NCBI GenBank assembly: GCA_043753995.1
Contig: JAYUVP010000082.1
Coordinates: 1-15,954 of the forward strand
DNA length: 15,954 nucleotides
Source of the DNA: Fibrobacterota bacterium
Lineage (GTDB): Bacteria; Fibrobacterota; Fibrobacteria; UBA11236
Reading direction: 5' to 3'
Shown: one piece after another, positions 7,150-14,003 of the stretch
How the letters are laid out: every line of letters begins with the position of its first letter
How positions within the stretch are numbered: position 1 is the first letter of the stretch
Program-made: the position numbers and the translations under genes
Notes under the pieces: model-generated
What the model saw: the letters and a program-made list of their open reading frames with translations, nothing else
Told to the model about the DNA's origin: nothing
The model's database searches: none

Positions 7150-9879
7150 TCAATTCCCAATCATCACGGTTTGAAGAATTCGTTTGCCTGCGACTTCCAA
7201 CTCCACGGGATAGAGCCCCGACAGTAAGGTCGCATTCCCCAAGGGCCAAATCAGAGTCTGCTCCATTCCAGCCATTCCCGACACGGTCAAAGCTTCGAGG
7301 GTTTCGCCCTTCAAATTGAAAAGACGAAACCGCAGCCATTCCGTCGGGCCCTTGCCTGACAAGGTGTAGGTGATACGCAGAGAATGAGCGCCTGGCTGCG
7401 ATTGGGCCTGAAGTCGCGTCAATGCAACTCTTCCAGTATTAATATTAAATCGCGACTGAATAGAATTAGATGTCTTTGATTTGGCCAAGCGGAAAAGCGA
7501 AAAGGTGCTGACCTCCTGTTTGATGATATTTTTGGCGGTATCTCTTGCCGTGACCTTGTACTCGGCCACCACGGTATCGGATTTATTGTCGTACTTAAAA
7601 GACTTCAAGGTGCTTTCATCGACCCCTTTCATATCCTGATCCTGGTAATGAAAGGTGAGGGATGCGGGAGGATCAAAAACTACGCCGGCCGGCGAAAACT
7701 CGCGCTGTACCTGAAGAAATTCGGCCGCCGGCGGATTGACTTGATCGTTTTTAATCAAAGGGGCATCAAAGCTTAGCGCTTTTTCCGCCCCCGTCGGCAA
7801 ACTAACTCGGGTACCCGAATCGACTTTAAGACTGGTACCGGTTCCATCTTCAATCACAACAGTTTTGGTGATTTTGCCTTGGGCATCGAAGAGAAGGGGT
7901 GAGCTTACCGGGGCGGTGACCGTGAATAGGCCTCCTGCATAGGATTCTTTCGCGGTAATGACTCGAACCGAGCGCACACCGGGCTGAGCCGAATCGCTCA
8001 CCTGTATTTGCGCTGAAACCGAAATGCCACTTGGAGCCGTAATGCCAGAAACCGTGATTCCTTCACCAAGATCTATAGCCGTCACACCTGTTAGAAAGGT
8101 GGTGTTGATGCCAATAATCGATATCTTGCCGCTTTTACCCTGACCCGCAACCGAAGGTTGAATGCTGGCTATTCCCTTGGCCTGATCGGCAAGCAGGATA
8201 TTATGTGACAAAGCTGTATCGATTTTTTGATTGAATGAGGTTGTGGCAAAGGAACTTCCCGTGGGTGGCCTAACCGTTACCCAATTGGTGCCTTCAGGCA
8301 TGAAAATCTCGTAAGCGCCATCCGAACCCGATAGGCATTCATCGCTAGGCAATTGGGTCATGCCATTTGACCAGAATGAAGATTGAACCGTGACACCCGA
8401 GACAGGTTTCAATGAAGCATCCAAAACCTTTCCCGCCATGCTATGAAAAGGAGGCAGCACAACTTCTTGATACAAGGAGTCAACCAAAGTAATGCCTCCG
8501 GCCTTGACCGTATGCTCCAGCATTTTGGGGATGCCTTGGACGCGGCTCATCATGCTACGAATGCGGAAGTCGGCATACTTTCCAGGTTGCAAAACCATGG
8601 TGAAACTTCCTTGGCCGTCGGTTTGAGTTTCTTTTTGTTCCAGTCCATTAGACAAAGCGACGGTAATGCCACTGACTGGTTTTTTATTGGCAAATAACAC
8701 TCGCCCGGTTAACATGCCACCGCGAACCAAGGCAATCTCCGCCGAGGAATCCGAGCTTATGGAAAAATTACGGATTTCTTTCGCATATCGACCAGTGGAA
8801 TCCGGATCTATGACCATTTGATTAGAACCCAGCGCACATCGCAGTTGAAATCGACCTAAACTATCGGTCACCGCATAATCGCTTGGCGGCTGACGCATAT
8901 TCATGATCCATGCGGTCGTCGACACTTTAAATTTCGCCAGGCCTTGGCCCCCTGAACTTAAAAGGCGCCCGGAGAAAAGCGGGTATTGGGGCAGGGTGAT
9001 GTCCTTGGTGAGGTCACCCGTCACCGTGAAATTTTCAAAGGCCGTGTATTCCAAATTGGCAGGAACTTGACTCAAGGTGTCACTCATGGCGCGAACACGC
9101 AAGGCAGAAACCGTTCCCTGCGAGACGACGAAACTGAAAGCACCTGAAGCATTGGTCCGTTTTTCCGTTTGCGTTCCGTCTTTGACTAAGGCCACAACAA
9201 TGCCAGCAATGGTTTGCCCCTGGGCGGTTCGCACCGTTCCAGACAACCGAGGCGCTGTCGTATATTCCACTTCGATGGTGGTGTCCTTTGTCAAAGTGAT
9301 TATCGATTGAAAACTCGCAAAGGCGCTGTCAGGCGAAATGGGCACGGTGAGCTTAACCTGGCCCGCAAATCCAATCAAACTATAAGCACCATCGGTACCT
9401 GTAGTGGCTTGGTCCGATGGCAGTTGAGTCATATTGCCATCCCACTTCTGCAAGGTCAAATGAGCATTGGCAACCGCCGTGCCGGTGGGCGTTTTCAGGT
9501 GACCCTCAACCTTGTATAAAGCAGGTAAGGTGACATTCTTAACGGTATTGCCGGAAATCGTCAAAGGTGTGACAGCCACGTATTCCATCATATGGGGGAT
9601 GCCGGCCACAGCCGATCCCATATTGCGTACACGAAGGTGGTCGTAGCTACCCTCCTCAATGCTAAAACTGAAATTACCGACAGCGTCGGTTTGCGTTTCT
9701 TTTTGGCCCGTCATTGTAGGTATCGCAATCGTGACACCTATAACAGGATTACCATTGGAAAATATTACTTGGCCTGAAAGCGAAACCTGAGCCGCCATCA
9801 CACCAAAGGGAAATGCCAGGAGGAGGTGGGTGACAGCTTTGAAGCTTAAGCTGCAAAAAGTGTTGCGAATACGGTACAT
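7150..9879 (-). CDS. Large secreted protein: six carboxypeptidase-regulatory-like beta-sandwich domains (3 x A-B), an Ig/IPT-like domain, a ZU5-like domain and a T9SS-like C-terminal tail
   Basis: Signal peptide (..GVMAA|Q), GGAG SD. Repeated LSGxV..G.P..G..V..T...G.F units. Ig-like SIQPSVAGQG...PGVRSVRVIT. FSPAGVVFDPPASLTFHY...TFSLF. Tail FRLFNLKGETL...LLSGLYPVEL. Confidence 0.8.
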   Translation of the reverse strand: MYRIRNTFCSLSFKAVTHLLLAFPFGVMAAQVSLSGQVIFSNGNPVIGVTIAIPTMTGQKETQTDAVGNFSFSIEEGSYDHLRVRNMGSAVAGIPHMMEYVAVTPLTISGNTVKNVTLPALYKVEGHLKTPTGTAVANAHLTLQKWDGNMTQLPSDQATTGTDGAYSLIGFAGQVKLTVPISPDSAFASFQSIITLTKDTTIEVEYTTAPRLSGTVRTAQGQTIAGIVVALVKDGTQTEKRTNASGAFSFVVSQGTVSALRVRAMSDTLSQVPANLEYTAFENFTVTGDLTKDITLPQYPLFSGRLLSSGGQGLAKFKVSTTAWIMNMRQPPSDYAVTDSLGRFQLRCALGSNQMVIDPDSTGRYAKEIRNFSISSDSSAEIALVRGGMLTGRVLFANKKPVSGITVALSNGLEQKETQTDGQGSFTMVLQPGKYADFRIRSMMSRVQGIPKMLEHTVKAGGITLVDSLYQEVVLPPFHSMAGKVLDASLKPVSGVTVQSSFWSNGMTQLPSDECLSGSDGAYEIFMPEGTNWVTVRPPTGSSFATTSFNQKIDTALSHNILLADQAKGIASIQPSVAGQGKSGKISIIGINTTFLTGVTAIDLGEGITVSGITAPSGISVSAQIQVSDSAQPGVRSVRVITAKESYAGGLFTVTAPVSSPLLFDAQGKITKTVVIEDGTGTSLKVDSGTRVSLPTGAEKALSFDAPLIKNDQVNPPAAEFLQVQREFSPAGVVFDPPASLTFHYQDQDMKGVDESTLKSFKYDNKSDTVVAEYKVTARDTAKNIIKQEVSTFSLFRLAKSKTSNSIQSRFNINTGRVALTRLQAQSQPGAHSLRITYTLSGKGPTEWLRFRLFNLKGETLEALTVSGMAGMEQTLIWPLGNATLLSGLYPVELEVAGKRILQTVMIGN
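8185..9786 (-). repeat. Three tandem ~178-aa internal protein repeats
   Basis: M(T/R)Q(L/P)PSD recurs with PSD at residues 154, 332 and 511. R(V/I)RxM...(I/V)PxxxE(Y/H) recurs with the same period, and QKETQTD occurs in units 1 and 3. Confidence 0.85.
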
Positions 9880-9909
9880 GGGAAGCTCCGGAATGGGTTC
9901 GCTTCCGAC

Positions 9910-9939
9910 ATTTTAGGCGATGGAAATGGATTGAGTCAA
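9910..9939 (-). promoter_or_regulatory. Candidate sigma70-type promoter of the 909-aa gene
   Basis: Minus strand TTGACT-N18-TAAAAT, 30 nt upstream of ATG 9879, with an AT-rich stretch upstream. Confidence 0.55.
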
Positions 9940-10099
9940 AAATTCATTAACTCAGGTAAGAAACGGCTCCCGTGTAAAAAAATCAAATGTCGCTGCCATT
10001 AACAACCCTATTTCCCCAAGCGCTCCCCCATAGGGTAGCGTCCCGGTTAACAGCCCGCGTTTAGTAAATCCCATTTCGGGGACCAAGCGCCCACCCGGT

Positions 10100-11686
10100 T
10101 CAGAAATGCAAGGCTGGGAGCAAGGTCAGGTATACTGGATTGAATTTCCCTTCGGTCCAAGTCCAGGCTGTCCCGTAGGTCATGGACAAGGAAACGCGGT
10201 TCCAAATCCATAGGCGTGCGCCAAAGGTGGCACCGGTCGCACCCGCCCATTCCCAATCGCGATTGACCTCATGCTCACCGACGACGCAGGTCTCGCCTTT
10301 GCCCAATGGACAGGGGCCAGCTTCATAGACCAAGTCCCCTTCGGGTTTGGTGGCGCGATGGAAGAAGGTTCCAGTGAACTCCACGTTTTCCCCCAGGAAT
10401 TTACCCGTCTCCAAGCCGACCTCCGCGTCCATGAAATTGCCAGAGGAATAAAGGTATCGGTGATGCGTCTTGTGGGTGGTAAAGCTGGCATAGGCACCTA
10501 GTTGAGGCCAGAAGCGATACCCCACCAAGCCCATAAGACTCAACTGGCTATGCGAGTCGAGCCAACCAATGCCCACGCGCAGGGGAAATTGAACCGGCAA
10601 ATCCGCATTGCGCCAGGGAAGATCTATGGCTTCGCTTTGCGAACCGCCCTTGGCAAGGCCTACGAACCGGAAGCCATTGGAGAGATCGGAAGGCCCTACG
10701 TCCTTGATTTCCTTGTCCTTCAGCTTGGTCTTGTATTGCTGGGTTTTGCGCCCATCTTTGTAAAACACCCGATAGGTTCCTGACGGAAGAGCAAGGAAGG
10801 CGTCTTTGCCTTTTTCCTTATGGAATTCTGCCATCACCACCGACTTCGCATTGGCTACCAGCACTTCGCCATTCAATTCTTGATTAAAGCTCAAGCCTCC
10901 GCGGCCTGAATTCAGGTCCGTCAGCACCACATCGCCTTGCACATCCATATTAATGGCCGCCATGGGATGCTGAGCCCCGCCGCGCGAATCTTCCGTTTCA
11001 ACCAAGGTCTTGTGATACGCGTATTGGTAGGCCTCCATCAAAGTCACCCGGCGATCGCCAGAAATATCCGCAGCTCCGCGCAAAGCACTCATGAGGTTAT
11101 GGGAGAAAAAAGATCCTTGCAATTGATCCGACTCCTGCGCATTCTCGTCCGGAGCGCTGGAGGCGATCATGATCGAGCCTTCGCTTTTCAATTTGTTCTC
11201 CACTACGAAAGGCTCCACCAGACGCGCGCCCTTCAGTCGGGTGATAGCGCCGCTCTGGCAAGCATCCAAAATGCCAATGCGTAGCTTAGCGGGGATTTTA
11301 TCGATATGCTCTTTGAGACCCTGGAGCGAATACTCCTTGCGGCCCAGCTTCAAGTGTGTTCCGGTGCCGTGGCCGGAGTAATAGAACAGGAAGACGATTT
11401 CATCAGCGTGATCGACCGAGAGGCTCTTGGCACTTATATCATCGAAAGCGCGATCGAGATCTTCAGGACGTGGCGATTTGAGCAAGACCACATTGTCTTC
11501 CTCCACCCCACCCGCTTCGACAAGGAGCTCGGCCATTTTTTGCGCATCGGCTTCGGCATATTGCAGGCGCGGATCGCTATCGATCCCGCGATTATGACCA
11601 GCCAGCAAGGCCAGTCGAACGGTTTTGGCATAAGCCGATGAAGCCGCGGATGCGAGGAGGATGGCGAAAAGGATTAAGGCTTTCAT
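10100..11686 (-). CDS. Exported caspase-family (peptidase C14, metacaspase/orthocaspase-like) protease with C-terminal probable outer-membrane beta-barrel
   Basis: Signal peptide (..SSAYA|K). LQYAEADA, catalytic YYSGHG (H106) and ILDACQSG (C143), AQESDQLQGSFFSHNLMSALRGAAD..GD..VTL.EAY.Y. The last ~165 aa have alternating amphipathic strands and end in LHF. Confidence 0.9.
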   Translation of the reverse strand: MKALILFAILLASAASSAYAKTVRLALLAGHNRGIDSDPRLQYAEADAQKMAELLVEAGGVEEDNVVLLKSPRPEDLDRAFDDISAKSLSVDHADEIVFLFYYSGHGTGTHLKLGRKEYSLQGLKEHIDKIPAKLRIGILDACQSGAITRLKGARLVEPFVVENKLKSEGSIMIASSAPDENAQESDQLQGSFFSHNLMSALRGAADISGDRRVTLMEAYQYAYHKTLVETEDSRGGAQHPMAAINMDVQGDVVLTDLNSGRGGLSFNQELNGEVLVANAKSVVMAEFHKEKGKDAFLALPSGTYRVFYKDGRKTQQYKTKLKDKEIKDVGPSDLSNGFRFVGLAKGGSQSEAIDLPWRNADLPVQFPLRVGIGWLDSHSQLSLMGLVGYRFWPQLGAYASFTTHKTHHRYLYSSGNFMDAEVGLETGKFLGENVEFTGTFFHRATKPEGDLVYEAGPCPLGKGETCVVGEHEVNRDWEWAGATGATFGARLWIWNRVSLSMTYGTAWTWTEGKFNPVYLTLLPALHF

Positions 11687-12456
11687 AGGCCTGCTTTCTT
11701 GCGCAAAAGAAAAAAGGAAACGCGGATGTCAGCCGATGTGCTCTGGGACAAGGCCCGCTCTAGGCTTGAAAAATCACGGGCCGATCGGCCCCAAGCCAAT
11801 CGCAGCCAGGCCTCCAATTCGTGGGCCTCGGAGGGCCCGGGCGTCCAAACTCCGACCAAGGCCTCGTCAAGGGGATCTGCATCTAATTCCAGGGCGAAGG
11901 GCAAGGTTTTGTCCTGCCCCGCAGGCGAAATGGAATGAGCTCCGAAACAGGAAAGGCATTCGATATGCCCCGAAGCATTCAGGGAAAAGAAGCGAATATA
12001 TCCCGCGCGGTCGGCCGAGTATATGGCCTGCAAGCGATCGCCGGGCCTAAACCCCTCGCCACTCGCGGCTGTGGCAATGCGCGTCCCGCGTTTGAGCAAA
12101 TAACCGACGTGGAAGCCCTCCCCCTTGATCCGAGTGTCCTCAGCACCTTGTCGCAGGCCGGCGGGATAATATTGGATGACGAGCGTGGCGACCACAGTCA
12201 GGACCGCAAAGGCCAGAGCGGGGCGGGGCGATAGCCAGGTTCGTATCCATTCCTGCCAGGCGGGTCGGTTGCCGGTAGCCGCTGACGGTGTGCGGGTTTT
12301 AGTCGATAATTTCTTCGACGGATTCCCTGCTGCCATGCGGGCTTCGGTGCGCACGGCCTCCATGACCCGGCGCGTAAATTCAGTGTCGGGAGGCACGGGG
12401 TGCTTCCGATCTTCCAGCCATGCGAACCATTCCTGGTCCAATTCTTTGGCGTCCAT
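11683..12456 (-). CDS. Single-pass membrane anti-sigma factor with DUF4384-like extracytoplasmic domain
   Basis: Starts 3 nt after the ECF stop and overlaps the caspase start (ATGA). Cytoplasmic PPDTEFTRRVMEAV motif, TM helix ALAFAVLTVVATLVI, then TRIKG and FRPGDRLQAIYSADRAGYIRFFSLNASG...LPFALELD. Confidence 0.75.
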   Translation of the reverse strand: MDAKELDQEWFAWLEDRKHPVPPDTEFTRRVMEAVRTEARMAAGNPSKKLSTKTRTPSAATGNRPAWQEWIRTWLSPRPALAFAVLTVVATLVIQYYPAGLRQGAEDTRIKGEGFHVGYLLKRGTRIATAASGEGFRPGDRLQAIYSADRAGYIRFFSLNASGHIECLSCFGAHSISPAGQDKTLPFALELDADPLDEALVGVWTPGPSEAHELEAWLRLAWGRSARDFSSLERALSQSTSADIRVSFFLLRKKAGL

Positions 12457-12459
12457 AGC

Positions 12460-13029
12460 CTATCCTTTCCCCGCGAATTCTCGAAGTTTGGCTTGCAGTA
12501 GTTCCCGGGCCCGGAACACGCGCGACCGTATTGTTCCCACCGTCGCTCCCAGGATCACCGCAGCCTCTTCGTACTCGAAACCGTCTACCACGGTCAGCTC
12601 GAAAGCCATACGTTGATCGGGATTCATCTGTTCGAGACAGCTCTCCATGAGAGATCGAATGCGCAGCTTACGGGCGGGATCCCCCAAATTCGGAGCAGGT
12701 AGATTTTGATGATCGTCCAGCTTTTCCGTAGACTTTCTCTTGCGACTGCGCATCAGGTCTAGGCACCCATTGCGTGCGATGGCGAAAAGCCAGGTGGAAA
12801 AGGAGGATTGGTTGCGACTTGTATAGTCTTCCAGCGATAGAAACACCTTCACGAAGGTGTCTTGGGCCAAATCCCGCGCGGCTTCGGGGTCCCGGATCAT
12901 GCGATTGAGGAAACCAAGCAATGGCCCTTGGTAACGCTCCACTAGTCCTGCAAAAGCGTCGTGTTCCCCGCTACGGATACGTTCGAGTAGGGCGTCGTCC
13001 TCGTGGGGGGTGGCAAGGTCTGAATGCAT
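12460..13029 (-). CDS. ECF (sigma-70 group 4) RNA polymerase sigma factor
   Basis: DDALLERIRSGEHDAFAGLVERYQ, region 2 ARDLAQDTFVKVF...FSTWLFAIARNGCLD, region 4 GFEYEEAAVILGATVGTIRSRVFRAR. ATG 13029 preferred over TTG 13086. Confidence 0.95.
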   Translation of the reverse strand: MHSDLATPHEDDALLERIRSGEHDAFAGLVERYQGPLLGFLNRMIRDPEAARDLAQDTFVKVFLSLEDYTSRNQSSFSTWLFAIARNGCLDLMRSRKRKSTEKLDDHQNLPAPNLGDPARKLRIRSLMESCLEQMNPDQRMAFELTVVDGFEYEEAAVILGATVGTIRSRVFRARELLQAKLREFAGKG

Positions 13030-13041
13030 ACGATTTCGGAG

Positions 13042-13068
13042 TAGGACGTCAGAAAATCGGAAAAGTTC
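13042..13068 (-). promoter_or_regulatory. Candidate ECF autoregulatory promoter
   Basis: Minus strand GAACTT-N15-GTCCTA directly upstream of the sigma ATG (13029). Fits the common ECF -35 GAAC / -10 (C)GTC pattern. Confidence 0.65.
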
Positions 13069-13123
13069 ACTTTTCTTCCGAATCAACGGTGAGATTCTCG
13101 GCGCTTTTTTGCCGCGACTAAGC

Positions 13124-13693
13124 TCAACCTTCTTGAGTGAGTCGGCTTAATGTTTCGCGGCTGACGCCGAGATATGCGGCCAGGTATTTTTTGGGGACGC
13201 GCTGGTTGAGTCCCGGATATTGCTTCCGAAAATTCCGAAAACGATCCGTGACGGGCTCTTGGAGGAGGGAGATAATGCGGCGCTGCAGGGCCGCATATCC
13301 CAATCCCGATTTGACGCGGAAGAAGTGCTCCATGGCATGGACCTCCCGGCACAAACTCTCGCGATCCTCGAAGCGAATGGTGAGGACCTCACTCGCCTCC
13401 ATGCAATCGACATAAAGAGTCGCTGGAGTGCGATGGAGGAAAGCCTGGTAGTCCGTGCACCACCAGCCTTCTGGGGCGAATTGCAGGATGGGATCACGTT
13501 CCTGGGGATGGAGGAGATAGGCTTTCAGCAAGCCCTTGGCGACCCAATGATCGCAGGGGACGGGGTCCCCGGGCTGAACCAGGAATTGGCGTTTACGAAG
13601 CGTGCGCAGGAAGAAGCGCGGATGCACCAGATCCCATTCCTTCTGAGTGAGCGGACTGACGGCTTCGATATGCTCTCGAAGTAGGTTATGCAT
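13124..13693 (-). CDS. Crp/Fnr family transcriptional regulator (cNMP-binding domain, Bacteroidota-type)
   Basis: LRKRQFLVQPGD...VAKGLLKAY...ILQFAPEGWWCTDYQAF and C-terminal QRVPKKYLAAYLGVSRETLSRL. ATG 13693 (MHNLLREHI) gives the typical ~190-aa length. Confidence 0.9.
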   Translation of the reverse strand: MHNLLREHIEAVSPLTQKEWDLVHPRFFLRTLRKRQFLVQPGDPVPCDHWVAKGLLKAYLLHPQERDPILQFAPEGWWCTDYQAFLHRTPATLYVDCMEASEVLTIRFEDRESLCREVHAMEHFFRVKSGLGYAALQRRIISLLQEPVTDRFRNFRKQYPGLNQRVPKKYLAAYLGVSRETLSRLTQEG

Positions 13694-14003
13694 GTGCGGT
13701 GAATAACTAAATCGAAAACCCTCCCAGATCAATTTTGACACGACATTCATATCACGCCCATTTTCCGTCATCTCCCAAGAGAGTTGCCATCGACGGTATC
13801 CATTTTTTCCCGATTGGCAATGGGCTGATTAAAACGCATCGCGTCTCCTAACGAAGCACAGAATTTCCAGTTTATCACGCAAGCGAAACTTCGGGGGGAT
13901 GCTGAGGCCGACCGTGCCCCGGGGGTAAGCGGGCCGAGGCTGGGGGGGCGTTTGGAAAGCACGGATTGAAGGGCTGAGCCCCCCCCGTCACTTAAACGTT
14001 ACG

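Noticed and set aside
9880..10099. ECF promoter driving the 909-aa gene
   Set aside because: No GAACTT-N15-GTC match seen; a sigma70-like TTGACT-N18-TAAAAT is present instead.
12340..12456. Zinc-binding (ZAS) anti-sigma domain
   Set aside because: No HxxxCxxC motif; the cytoplasmic part has no Cys.
13030..13086. N-terminal extension of the sigma factor from TTG 13086
   Set aside because: The extension covers the candidate ECF promoter, and sigma-like sequence starts after Met at 13029.
13694..13771. Longer start for the Crp/Fnr gene
   Set aside because: Family-like sequence begins at MHNLLREHI. The longer start is not excluded but is less likely.
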